32,000 bases of DNA from Candidatus Saccharimonadota bacterium (GCA_004563595.2 CP042461.1:390001-422000), one strand, 5' to 3'. Positions 12,651 through 22,818 are shown, counted from the first letter of the stretch. Numbers and translations are program-made. The notes: generated by a model not told the origin, from the letters alone.

Positions 12651-12711
12651 AAAGTAGAAACATATGATAATATTGAAAGGAGTATAATTTATAAGTCATA
12701 AATTACAAGTT

Positions 12712-14016
12712 ATGGTTGTTGTAAAGATAAAAGAGAGTGAAGAAAAACTCAAAGAAAAAATCTTAAAACATGAAAAGAAACACATATATTCTTCAGATAG
12801 ATTCAAAAAAATCGAAGAGAAGGTTTTGAGCGCCTTAAAAAAACAAAATACTGATGAAGCATTAAAAGATATTACCATTTGAGCACTTGTTTTATGAAGT
12901 TCAGATGTGCATTATGAGTGCTTTGATGATTATGTGGTAGTGAGGTTTAGAATAGATTGAGTCCTTGTTGATATATTCAAACTCACATTAAAAGAATATA
13001 AAATGGTTTTAGAGAGATTAAAATATTCATCAAACCTAAAACTAAATATATCTAATATTCCTCAAGATGGGAAATATGATATGCTTATTGATGAAAGAAA
13101 GATTGATGTGAGAGTTTCAACACTTCCAATTAAATATTGAGAAAATATAGTTTCTAGAATTTTAGATAATTCAAATGCTGTTGTTGACTATGAAAAATTG
13201 GGATTTTTTTGGACATCAAAGAGGATGATTGATAAAGCTACTTCAAAGAAGAACGGTATGATACTTGTAACTTGACCAACTGGTTCTGGTAAAACAACAA
13301 CTCTCTATACTATTCTATCGAAACTGAACACAAGGGAGAAAAAAATAATTACGCTAGAGGATCCGATTGAATATGAAGTGGATGGAATTATTCAATCAGA
13401 AATAAATGAAAAGGATGGATTTGACTTTAAAACCTGACTAAAAGCTCTTTTAAGACAAGATCCTGATATTATAATGGTATGAGAAATTAGAGATAAAGAT
13501 ACACTTGATACAGCTACTTCTGCAAGTTTAACATGACATTTGGTATTATCAACTCTCCATACGAAATCAGCTGCAGAAACGCTTGATAGAATTATAAATA
13601 TGTGATTAAGACCATATGTTTTAGCTTCGGCACTTGATACGGTTATTGCTCAAAGATTAGTGAGAAAAATTTGTCCACATTGTAAGGTAGAAAAAGAAAA
13701 AACTCAACAAGAGATGGCTCTTATCAAAGCTATCATGGGAGAAATTTGAATTCATCATTTGCCAGCCAAATTTGTAAAATTATATAAATGAGAATGATGC
13801 GCTCAATGTAATCATAGTTGATACAAATGAAGAATTTGAATTTTTGAGATACTTTCTTTGACAGATAATATGAGAAATATGATCAGAGAAGGAGCAAATG
13901 CAGAAGATATTCTTAAAGAAGCAAGACGAGGAGATTTTATTGCAATGAAAGAAGATGGTGTACTAAAAGCTATTAAAGGTTTTACCACGATTGAAGAAAT
14001 TTTAAGAGTAATATAA
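12712..14016 (+). CDS. pilB: Type II/IV secretion / type IV pilus assembly ATPase (PilB/GspE family), 434 aa
   Basis: Motifs: Walker [15 protein letters not shown] (its Gly TGA at 13273-13275), LEDPIEYE, Walker B DPDIIMVGEIRD, His box [11 protein letters not shown], tetracysteine CPHC...CAQC, and GYKGRIGIFE. There are 15 in-frame TGA codons; those falling in the listed motifs occupy conserved Gly positions. It is shorter than classical PilB because the N-terminal region is short. Confidence 0.93.
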
Positions 14017-14021
14017 TAAAA

Positions 14022-14050
14022 ATATGAATTATTTAATGATTCATATTTTT
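14022..14050 (+). terminator. Weak AT-only hairpin plus T-tract after pilB
   Basis: ATATGAAT / ATTCATAT 8-bp stem with a 9-nt loop, followed by TTTT and a further T9 run. Low predicted stability. Confidence 0.35.
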
Positions 14051-14134
14051 ATTTGCATTTTTTTTTATATACTTAGAATTGAACCATACCCCGAGGGCAC
14101 TTCTTTCAGGGCGTATTTTTTAATCTCGTTATGA

Positions 14135-14563
14135 ATGAAAGTAAGAATAAAAACAGCAGATGGGGAAGCATTATTTTATGAAACAGCCTGAGCATGTGCA
14201 TTTGACTTTAAGGCTTCAGAAGAAGTTATTTTTGAACCGGGTGAATTTAGACTTATTGAAACGTGAACAGTCGTTGAAATACCAGCATGATATGTATTAC
14301 AGACTCAACCAAGAAGCTCAACATTTAAAAAGCATTGATTAATGCAAACAAATTCAGTTTGAATCATAGATTGTGATTATTGTGGAGACAATGATACAAT
14401 AAAATTTCCATACATAAATATGATAAAAGAAAAAGTTATTATAGAAAAATGAACAAGAATATGACAATGATTATTCTCTAAAATTGAAAGAGCTGATTTT
14501 GAACTTGTAGAATCTATGAATAATCAAGATAGATGATGATTTTGAACAACTGGAATTAAATAA
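14135..14563 (+). CDS. dut: dUTP diphosphatase (dUTPase), 142 aa
   Basis: MKVRIKTADGEALFYETAGACAFDF..., PRSSTF, GIIDCDYCGD, GTRIGQ and C-terminal RGGFGTTG match the five trimeric dUTPase motifs. Several motif glycines are TGA. Confidence 0.88.
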
Positions 14564-14567
14564 AAAA

Positions 14568-14591
14568 GCCTGAATTATTTCAGGTTTTTTT
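14568..14591 (+). terminator. Rho-independent terminator after dut
   Basis: Stem CCTGAA / TTCAGG with loop TTAT, followed by T7. Confidence 0.65.
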
Positions 14592-14650
14592 GTGATTACA
14601 ATCAAAGTATGCTAATATTAGTTTAGAGAGTAAATAATAATAAAAAGTAT

Positions 14651-15961
14651 ATGGACTTTAATGTAAACTTTTGAATAAGCATATTCATATTTTTGGCTAC
14701 TTTTCTGACTATTTTTTCAGAAAAGTATAATAGAGCGATTATCGCTTTATTTTGAGCTATGTGTATGGTTTGGGTTGGTCATTATATGTGATTTTATAGT
14801 TTTGAACAAGTATTAGAATCTATAGATTTTAATACTATTTTACTATTATTTTGAATGATGGTAATAGTGACACTTTTAGAAAAAACATGATTTTTTCAGT
14901 ATGTGGCTATTAAGACAGCAAAGAAAACAGGTTGAAATATATGGTTGTTAACCGTATTTTTATGAGCATTGACATCAATACTTTCAATGATTTTGGATAA
15001 CGTAACAACTATTATTTTGATCGTTCCGGTTACTATTATTATAACAAAATTACTAAAAATTAACCCAGTTCCAATTCTATTAGCAGAAGCTATTTTATCT
15101 AATATTGGCTGAGTAGCTACGCTTGTTTGAGATCCTCCTAATATTATGATTTGATCAGCTGCATGATTTAGTTTTAATTCCTTTTTAGTTCACTCATTAC
15201 CAGTGGTGGTCTTGTCTTGGATAGTAGTACTATTTTATTTGAGATTTGCTTTTAGGCGTGATTTTTCTTCAAATACATGTAAGAATTCTGATGCATTACA
15301 AAAGATAGATGAGAATAAATGTATCAAAGATCCATATACTCTAAAAGTTACACTTCTTGTACTTTTGGGTATAGTAATATTGTTTTTTTGTCATGGATAC
15401 TTACAAATCCCAGCTTCATTCATAGCTCTATTTGGAGCTTCATTATTACTTTTTCTTAGTTTTCCAAAAAAAGACCCTTATAATATATTTAAAAAAGTAG
15501 AGTGGTCTGTTATGGTATTTTTTGTATCTTTGTTTGTTCTTGTATGATGACTTGAACATGCCTGAGTCTTGGAAATGCTTGCGAATATGATGATTGAACA
15601 TGCTGCTGATAATATTCTTCTTACAGCTATTATTATTCTTTGGTTATCAGCAATATTATCAGCATTTGTTGATAATATTTCTATGACGGTTGCTATGATT
15701 CCTATTCTGAGTATGTTACAAACAAAATGAATTGATGGGGTAAATATTCTTTGGTGGGCTCTTGTATTTTGAGTTTGATTCTGATGAAATGCAACTCCTA
15801 TTTGATCTACTGCTTGAGTTATTGTAACTGCAAAATCAGGTTCACATAAACATCCTATTACTTTAAAAACTTGGCTTGTTACTGGTTTGCCTGCAGCTAT
15901 TTTATCATTACTGGTTGCTACTTATGCACTCATAGTTTTTTATCCATTTTTTATGGGGTAA
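14651..15961 (+). CDS. Polytopic permease of the ArsB/NhaD (CitMHS-like) ion-transporter superfamily, 436 aa
   Basis: Continuous frame with TGA=Gly; the standard-code ORF 15203-15547 is in frame with it. It is hydrophobic throughout, with blocks LDNVTTIILIVPV, GDPPNIMIGS, FVDNISMTVAMIP and GGNATPIGSTAG typical of this superfamily. The substrate cannot be called. Confidence 0.7.
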
Positions 15962-15967
15962 ATTGAA

Positions 15968-17062
15968 TTATTCCTCTACTCATAACTCAATTTTTACTTC
16001 TTTAATTTCTCATGATTTTTTGAGTATTTTGACTCATAGTATATCTCAGGGGATTTTATTTTGTATGATACTTATTATATCATTATTTAGACTCACATTT
16101 TTTCAATCTATTTGTAAAATGATATCTCATTTCTTTAAGCCTGATTCTGAAGCATTTGATTCGAGTAATACTCAGTTTATAAGAGCTCAATAATTTACTG
16201 TAACTCAAAGTTGTTTTTGTATACTTTCAGATATTATAGTATATTGAATTCCTATAAAAGGTTTTTTAATAGTTCAGTAATTTTTAATTGAATCTAATAA
16301 GTATTTGATTTTTTTTGTGTTGAGTGGAATTGAAAATCAAATTCACTGACTCGCTCAAGCAATTGCAGTATTTATTCATATAACTTTTCATTCCAAATTA
16401 ATGAGAGGTCATCAGCTATTTCATGGGTTAATTGCTGCATCTGTTTGTAATAAACCAGATAATTGTTCTCAGTCTGCTACTATCGTTCTATTTGTTCCAC
16501 TGATAACTCAAAATGATACTGAATTTTGAAATTCTGCAAGAACATTTCATATTGTTATTACAAATTGTCATACTTGAATTTTTGATTTTATTCATTTGTA
16601 TTCTGATATAAATTTGAGAGGAATAGTGTCGTCTGTAGTTTCAATTTTTATTATAGCAAGGTCTGTCAGGGGATCAGTTGCGAGTATCTTTGCGTCATAT
16701 TCGTCTCAGGTTTGGGTTATGACTGTATAGACAGCATTTTTATCATTAATTACATGCTTATTGGTAATAATAATTCAGTCTTTTGTGATAAAAAATCAAG
16801 TTCATCATCATACTTTTTTTTGTACACTTCATATAGGAGTTTGAAAAAATCACCATGGATCACTTCTATAGATAGTGAGATCTTTTTTTATAATGATACT
16901 TACTACCGATGGAGATGCTTCTTGTACTTTATCAATAATCTCTGCTTCAAGTTGATTCATACGTGTTTCAGAATTATTTTCTTGATAAGATGAAAAATAT
17001 GCTCATGAAATTCATGAAAGCAAAGAAAATAAAAGCATAATAATAAATTGTTTTGTATTCAT
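15968..17062 (-). CDS. htrA: HtrA/DegP-family serine protease with PDZ domain, 364 aa
   Basis: N-terminal hydrophobic anchor MNTKQFIIMLLFSLLSG. Catalytic triad context: GTGFFITKDGIIITNKHV (His), TDLAIIKI (Asp), TDAAINPGNSGGPLIN (Ser; three of its Gly are TGA). Also GIGFSIP and the PDZ block LKKGDIILQIDGKNV. 1095 nt in frame from ATG 17062 to TAA 15968-15970. Confidence 0.9.
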
Positions 17063-17077
17063 TGGTATTTATGTTAA

Positions 17078-18400
17078 TTATACGTGCTGTATAAGCTCTT
17101 TTATATTATTTATTTGTATAATATTTGATTTTGAAATTTTTAGATTTGTGGTTTTCGGGATTATAATATTTTTAAACCCCATTTTTTCAGCTTCTTTTAT
17201 TCTTTTTTCAATATGGATAGGTTTTTTGATATTTCATGTCAGTGATATTTCTCCGATATAGATGGTATCCTTTGGGAGAGGAGTATTCTTTTTACTGGAG
17301 ATAATGGAAGCTGCAAGTGAAAGGTCTATTCAAGGTTCATCTATTTTGAGTCATCTTGAAATATTAGTGTACACGTCATCACTTTCAAGTTTGATAGGGG
17401 TATATTTTCAGAGTACAGCTACGATGAGATCAAGTTTAGAGCTATTAATTCATCTACTAGATCTTTTTGGATAACCAAATTTACTATAGGTAGTGAGACT
17501 TTCTGTCTCTACGATAATTGCTCTGGTTCATTCAATGGTTATTGATAGACTTGATCAAATGGTAGCCTGAGTTGAGTTTACAAATTCTAATCAGGGGTTT
17601 TTCAGGTCAATGAGTCATTTTTCTCACATAGTAAAAATTCAGATTTCTGAAGTTGGTCAAAATCTATTTTTGAGAGCACGTAATATCCTGAGGTTATCAT
17701 ATTTATCTCACTCAAAAAATAATACAGTATCTACCATATGTTCAAGTGTTTTTGGTCAAGCAAGAGCTCAATCTTTATTAATATGTCAAATAATAAAGAC
17801 AGTTGTATTGCTTGTCTTTGCGAAACTTACTAGTAAGTCGGTGATATATCTAACTTGACTGACACTTCCAGATGTTCATGTGCAATTATTGGAATGCATA
17901 ACAGAAATACTATCTATAATTACTATATCAGACCTATTATTTTTGAGAGTTTCGAGTATATCTTCGATACAATTCTCTCAGAGTATTTGCATATTATCTC
18001 ATTTAATATCAAGTCTTTTGGCCCTGTCTGATATTTGATATGGTGTTTCTTCTCATGAAATATATATAATATTTTCTTTTACAAAGTTTCAGAGCTGAAG
18101 AGTGAGGGTAGATTTTCAAATCCCTGGTTCTCATGACATCAAAATTACACTTCAAGAGACTATTCATCCACCTAAAACATTATTGAACTCACTTGAACTT
18201 GTAATTATTTTGGATTCGGTATTTTCTTTTTTTACTTGTTCTAAGCTAGAAAGCTCTTGTACTATTCATCAGATTTTATCACTAGGTGACGAGCTTTTTT
18301 TTGCTTCTTTGAACTCCTTTAACGTATTCCATTCTTTACAGTAGTCACATTGACCTTGCCACTTAATAGATTCGTTTCAACAACTTGTACAGAGATACAT
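17078..18400 (-). CDS. radA: DNA repair protein RadA/Sms, 440 aa
   Basis: N-terminal zinc finger MYLCTSCGNESIKWQGQCDYCKEWNT, Walker A GEPGIGKSTL, the RadA-specific KNRFGP motif and a Lon-protease-like C-terminal domain. Only 15 nt separate it from htrA, so they are probably co-transcribed. Confidence 0.9.
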
Positions 18401-18468
18401 ATGAGTGTAAATTATAGAAATAGCTTTATTATATTTGAGTATATACACTCTATATACAAATGCAAATT

Positions 18469-18514
18469 AAAAATATACAAATTATGCTTGTATATTTTTA
18501 ATTAAGAGTATAAT
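18469..18514 (+). promoter_or_regulatory. 12-bp AT-only inverted repeat overlapping a putative promoter in the radA / OB-protein divergent region
   Basis: AAAAATATACAA (18469-18480) and TTGTATATTTTT (18488-18499) are perfect complements. TATAAT is at 18509-18514 and a TTGTAT -35-like hexamer lies in the 3' arm with 15-nt spacing. Confidence 0.3.
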
Positions 18515-18540
18515 CTTCTCATTAATAATAACAAAAGTAA

Positions 18541-19152
18541 ATGGAAGAAGCAATACGTGGAAAATTTCAAGAACATGCACATTATGGTTTTGTAATACCA
18601 GATGATAGAGAAGAATTTTGAGGGGACTTCTTTGTAAATAAAGATAATATGAAAGATGCAAAAACATGAGATAGAGTTGAGGCAAGACCTATGAAATATG
18701 CTAAATGAAAAAAACCAGAAGCTAAAATTTTAAGAGTACTTACAAACCTACAACCAAAAGTTGCCAAAACAGAGATCGTAGAATGAGTATATTCATGAGG
18801 TGATGGAAATTTTTGATTCATTGATATAGAGTGAGGAGAAAAATGATATTTTGTTTATTGAAAAAAGAAAAATTGAGCAAGAGATGGTGACAGAGTAAAA
18901 GCTGAACTTGTTGACTTTAAATGAAAAAAAGAAGCAATTGTAGTTGAGATTTTAGAATCAGACGAAGAATTGTTGGTATGAAAATATAAAGATAATGATC
19001 AATTTGGTTTTGTTTTACCAGATGATAAAAGTGGTGATATTTTCATTGCTGGTTCAAGAAAATGATGAGCAAGTACATGAGATAGAGTTGAAGTTCAAAT
19101 AATTAAAAGATGAGGAAAAAATCCTGAAGGAGTGGTAAGGAGAATAATGTAA
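18541..19152 (+). CDS. Stand-alone protein of three cold-shock/OB-fold units, paralogous to the RNase R N-terminal region (203 aa)
   Basis: Each of the three units contains xxFGF(V/I)xPDD...D(I/F)F(I/V)...GD(R)VE. Units 2-3 are collinear with residues ~15-150 of the RNase R at 24751 (for example GNFGFIDIEGGEKGYFVYG versus [19 protein letters not shown]). 16 in-frame TGA in 203 codons. It ends at TAA 19150-19152. Confidence 0.75.
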
Positions 19153-19276
19153 GGGGGGATTAATAAATATTGGCTTTTATTTAGAAAAAGAGTATAATGT
19201 TAGATGAATCTAAACAAAGTTTCAAACTCAATCACTTTCTGGAACTTTTAATTAGGTTCAGGATAATAGAGGAAAT

Positions 19277-19681
19277 ATGTACATGCAGACTACTTCGTAT
19301 AGACCTCAAATCAAGTCTACTTTTAAACCCTCTAATTTGGAATTGCCATCCGATTTTCATGTGGATGTAAAAGGAGAGAAATTTCCAAAAGAAGAACATT
19401 TATTTCTTGGAGTCGTATTGGAATATTTAAAAGAAATGGGATATGACTGGTCTCAAAGAATTAATTTCGATGATATAGCATATTCTGGTACTCATAGAAG
19501 CTCGACTATATGTGAACAATATTTTCAATTTATACTTTCAAATAATGAATTAAATTATTGTCCCGATATTGCTGCTACGAGAGATGGTTTTATCACTCAA
19601 GTGCGTATTGAAAGAATTGGAGAGTATTATGTTACTCAGAAATTCATTGATGGAGTGGAACAGTATGTATCTAAAAAATAA
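19277..19681 (+). CDS. Hypothetical protein (134 aa), island ORF A; no in-frame TGA
   Basis: Intact ORF even in the standard code. GAGG lies 4 nt upstream of the ATG, the stop is TAA, and a terminator follows. No family recognised. Confidence 0.6.
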   Translation: MYMQTTSYRPQIKSTFKPSNLELPSDFHVDVKGEKFPKEEHLFLGVVLEYLKEMGYDWSQRINFDDIAYSGTHRSSTICEQYFQFILSNNELNYCPDIAATRDGFITQVRIERIGEYYVTQKFIDGVEQYVSKK

Positions 19682-19715
19682 CCTTTATTATTCATAAAAA
19701 AAGGGGCGCAAAAAA

Positions 19716-19744
19716 AGAACCTAAGAAATTTGGGTTCTTTTTTA
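19716..19744 (+). terminator. Rho-independent terminator after island ORF A
   Basis: Stem AGAACC / GGTTCT with an 11-nt loop, followed by a T-run. Confidence 0.6.
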
Positions 19745-20114
19745 AAGGATCTCTTACATGACTCTTACTTATAATTAATAACCTAGGGAATACATGTTAT
19801 TTATATTGTTTCTATGAAAAAAATAAACATATTGTCTTTTCTATATTGCTCTACTACATGAAATATATACGAACGTAAATTATGTGACTCATACAAAGTA
19901 CCTTAGATAGAGAAGTGGAAAATTTAAAATAGAAAGAATTTAGGGGGATTTATACTTTTTTTCCTTTATTATAGTTTTTGTAGTATGAAAGTGATTCTTT
20001 TAAAAGTTGCGTTTTGTGAAGAATTCTACCAGTATTTTTTTGACAAAATAAAAAAAATAATTAGTATTTTAATACGCTCGTTTTTCTAGATTTCAAAAAA
20101 AAAGGCATTAATAT

Positions 20115-20564
20115 ATGACCACAATTGAAGATCTTATTGATATTCAGACTCGATTTATAAGGCTAGTAAAATTCCAAAGAAAAAAAAATCTTCCAGAGGT
20201 TCTTTATGGAGAAATTCCTTCTTATGAAGAAACTTTAAAAGAAGTATTGCAATCTTGTCAAGAAGCATTATTAGATGTATGTTTTGATAATGATGCTGAA
20301 ATAATAAGGTTATTCTCAGATCTTCATTCTTTATTGGAAGGGGAAAAGAGAAAACATTTTTGTGAAGATTTAGATGACTTGGTTCAGAATATAAAAACTC
20401 TGGCATTTAAGAGGGAAAATAAAGAACGGATTCAGATAAACTTGCATGTGCTAGCTCAAGTCCATAGATCGACCTATGATCAAGAAATAGATACTTACTT
20501 TTTTGAAAGATATAGATCAACTTTTCCTATCGTATTAGTTGTAGCTAGAGAGGAAAGTGAATAA
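20115..20564 (+). CDS. Hypothetical, apparently all-helical protein (149 aa), island ORF B; no in-frame TGA
   Basis: Intact standard-code ORF with a TAA stop and a strong terminator downstream. No family recognised. Confidence 0.6.
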   Translation: MTTIEDLIDIQTRFIRLVKFQRKKNLPEVLYGEIPSYEETLKEVLQSCQEALLDVCFDNDAEIIRLFSDLHSLLEGEKRKHFCEDLDDLVQNIKTLAFKRENKERIQINLHVLAQVHRSTYDQEIDTYFFERYRSTFPIVLVVAREESE

Positions 20565-20620
20565 CTAGCTTCATTGCAAAAAAAATACTATTAAAAGGGC
20601 CTATAGGAGGCTGTCCCAAA

Positions 20621-20649
20621 AAATCCAAACAGAAATGTTTGGATTTTTT
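20621..20649 (+). terminator. Rho-independent terminator after island ORF B
   Basis: Perfect 10-bp stem AATCCAAACA / TGTTTGGATT with a GAAA loop and a T7 tail. Confidence 0.8.
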
Positions 20650-21433
20650 TCGTAGAAAATATAAACCTGATTCCTAAATTATTCTAAAAAAATGAAAGAA
20701 ACTTCCTATTCAAGCTTGAAAATTCATGATTTTCTTTAAATTATGAGCTGAACTTATCAAATCCCACTCAAAAAACAAAAAGAATTAAAGTTTCAACCTT
20801 ATGAGTGAAAAATTCCTGTGTTATATGGCTTAAATTAAAAATATAGAGTAACTGAAGGGCTAGAATTTTCTTTTTCCTGTATTTACCACTATTTAAGATA
20901 TATATAAGGTTTCCTCCCTAATCTTTGTACTATCTGAGAGAAGTAAAGAAGTTAATGCATCATATAATAAAAAATAAAAATTCAGTAGATTACTAAAAGT
21001 AAAAGTAACAATAGAACGCCTACAACAATTATTTTTTTTAGAAAATACTTAATGCTAATATTCTTTTTGTATAACTTAAAAGCATAGTAAGCAATAATTA
21101 TAGTATAAAGAAGTAGAGTAATAATAACAAAACCCGAATTAGTAAACAGATATAGAGGTGTAAGAGGTTCGGGACATACTAATCAAGAATTTACAGAGTG
21201 ATTTGGGGATGATATCATAACATGTACCTTAAGTAATAATAATATAATACTATGGATTTAATATAAAAAACAAAAATGTTATACCTAAAATAGATACCTA
21301 AGAAAAATAAAAACCCTATTGTTAAATTCTCAACTAAAACTAAATAAGAGATATTTACCAGAGACTGATGACTCTGTATTATATGTGAGGAGAGTAGGAG
21401 GATGGAAGTATTTTGAGAATTGATAAATATTTG

Positions 21434-21460
21434 GAAAAATAAAAGAGCCCATGAAGGGCT
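21434..21460 (-). terminator. Rho-independent terminator after island ORF C
   Basis: On the minus strand: GAGCCC TTCAT GGGCTC followed by TTTTATTTTT. Confidence 0.7.
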
Positions 21461-21480
21461 CCATACATACAATATAACTA

Positions 21481-21957
21481 TTAGTAAGGCACATTATGTT
21501 TTATTTTTTCTATTGTGCTATTTAAATCATACGCTGAATGTCTCTCGATTATTGATATATGCATCAATGGTTTCTCCTTACCTAAATATTTAACTAAAAC
21601 ACGACGATTCATATCAGCTTCAATCACGCATTCAGTTCCATGTAATGGAAAAGTGAGTCTTGCAAAATTACGGATATGATTTATCTCAGGCATGTGAAAA
21701 AAAATACCTTGCGTAATTTCTTCTGGCTTTATCTCTACCTTATAATTTTCGGAATATGATAATATGAGTTCCCTCATATCTGATAATAACCCTCTAAATC
21801 TATCTTTGTAAGCAAAGTTTCCTTGTTCTATATTAGTAATTTCTAGAGTAATATCCTTAGTTTTAGAGTTGAAAAAATCCCAAAGTGTATTTTTATCAAT
21901 ACCTGAAATCATACTAGTATGAGCCATAATATTTCCATCATTTGGTTGATACTTCAA
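21481..21957 (-). CDS. Hypothetical protein (158 aa from TTG 21957, or 148 aa from ATG 21927), island ORF C; no in-frame TGA
   Basis: Intact standard-code ORF with a TAA stop and a terminator 20 nt downstream. ATG at 21927 (MAHTSMISGIDKN...) is the more plausible start. Confidence 0.6.
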   Translation of the reverse strand: MKYQPNDGNIMAHTSMISGIDKNTLWDFFNSKTKDITLEITNIEQGNFAYKDRFRGLLSDMRELILSYSENYKVEIKPEEITQGIFFHMPEINHIRNFARLTFPLHGTECVIEADMNRRVLVKYLGKEKPLMHISIIERHSAYDLNSTIEKIKHNVPY

Positions 21958-22290
21958 TTATAAGTTAGTACTAAGTACTCCATAATTAATAGTAATTTAA
22001 TAATACGCATGAAATACAATAAGTCAAAGAAATCCCTAATAAAAATAAAACATGAATTTAACTCAGAAAATATATTTTTACGATTTCATAATCTTAATCA
22101 ATGAGACTAAATTATAACAAAATTTATATATATTTACTACGCACTTGCAATTAACTTAAAATATATATTTTCATATGCGTAAAAAAAAGAATAAACATCA
22201 ACTTTAGGTCCATAGGACTATTAGCAATATTGTTTATTCTTTAATTTTCTTTTAAGCTATTTGTTCATTTTCCCTTATAAAAGGGAATAA

Positions 22291-22375
22291 TGGTACCTAG
22301 AAAGGGAATCGAACCCTCACTCCCGAAGGAAGGGGATTTTGAGTCCCCCGTGTCTACCAATTCCACCATCTAGGC
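22291..22375 (-). tRNA. tRNA-Leu(CAA), type II with long variable arm, CCA encoded
   Basis: Minus-strand sequence: GCCTAGA TG GTGG AATTGGTAGA CAC G GGGGA CTCAAAA TCCCC TTCCTTCGGGAGT GAGGG TTCGATT CCCTT TCTAGGT A CCA. It folds into a cloverleaf with a 7-bp acceptor stem (G1-U72 wobble). The anticodon loop CU-CAA-AA gives anticodon CAA. It has a UUCG-capped variable arm, a GTTCGAWT T-loop and discriminator A. Confidence 0.9.
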
Positions 22376-22426
22376 ATATATGGTGGAGCCCCGTAAAGGG
22401 CCCCATAGAAAATTGAGTGTACTGAG

Positions 22427-22453
22427 ATTATATGCAAAAGTATTTTTTTGCAA
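22427..22453 (-). promoter_or_regulatory. Sigma70-like promoter upstream of tRNA-Leu
   Basis: Minus strand reads TTGCAA (22453-22448), a 15-nt spacer, then TATAAT (22432-22427). This lies about 50 nt upstream of the tRNA 5' end. A short GC-rich hairpin (GCCC CGTAAA GGGC) lies in the leader. Confidence 0.5.
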
Positions 22454-22462
22454 ATTTTACTT

Positions 22463-22497
22463 AAAAAATAAAACCACCCAGGGGATTGGGTGGTTTT
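22463..22497 (-). terminator. Rho-independent terminator directly after island ORF D
   Basis: Minus strand: AAACCACCC AATCCCCT GGGTGGTTT followed by TATTTTTT. The hairpin begins 18 nt after the TGA at 22515-22517. Confidence 0.8.
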
Positions 22498-22514
22498 GAA
22501 TATGCGACCTTATC

Positions 22515-22793
22515 TCAATATCGACTACATTTTATGTCTAATACAAGATTGCTAGTTAGATCATACATACCTTCAATTTTCCTAGTAGTATATGATTTAA
22601 CCAGGCTTTCAGCCTTCTCTATATCGACTGCTAATATAGTTGTCTCATCGAGTTCTTCATTAATACGTTTTAACTTATTTTCTGGATCATCAAGACTATA
22701 ACTTGTGGAACAGCTATAATATATAAGATCATCCTGATTATCATCACAACTTATTAAAAGTAGAGATGAGATTAAAATAAAGAATATTCTCAT
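22515..22793 (-). CDS. Small putative lipoprotein (92 aa), island ORF D; ends at TGA
   Basis: MRIFFILISSLLLIS|C is a signal peptide plus lipobox-like LLISC. There is no internal TGA. The terminal codon is TGA (22515-22517). If it is read as Gly, the ORF runs 18 more codons through the terminator hairpin to TAA at 22461-22463. Confidence 0.6.
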   Translation of the reverse strand: MRIFFILISSLLLISCDDNQDDLIYYSCSTSYSLDDPENKLKRINEELDETTILAVDIEKAESLVKSYTTRKIEGMYDLTSNLVLDIKCSRY

Positions 22794-22818
22794 ATTTTTT
22801 CTCTTTTATTTTTGTTTT

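Noticed and set aside
15963-18344. Plus-strand track ORFs 15963-16193, 16712-16993, 17262-17474, 17610-17858 and 18102-18344.
   Set aside because: All are antisense to htrA and radA, whose minus-strand translations under TGA=Gly show complete catalytic motifs.
18482-18821. Minus-strand ORFs 18482-18685 and 18582-18821.
   Set aside because: They are antisense to the three-OB-unit gene, whose plus frame shows repeated, RNase R-like CSD motifs.
21215-21472. Minus-strand 85-aa hydrophobic ORF inside the island (MYVWSPSWALLFFQ...).
   Set aside because: Its first 15 codons are the ORF C terminator hairpin and T-run. The rest is F/I/L/Y low complexity typical of AT-rich non-coding DNA. There is no SD, and it ends in TGA.
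21384-21600. Plus-strand ORF after GTAGGAGGATG (MEVFGELINIWKNK...).
   Set aside because: The SD-like AGGAGG abuts the ATG with about 1 nt of spacing. The ORF runs antisense through the ORF C terminator and 3' end, and its sequence has no recognisable features.
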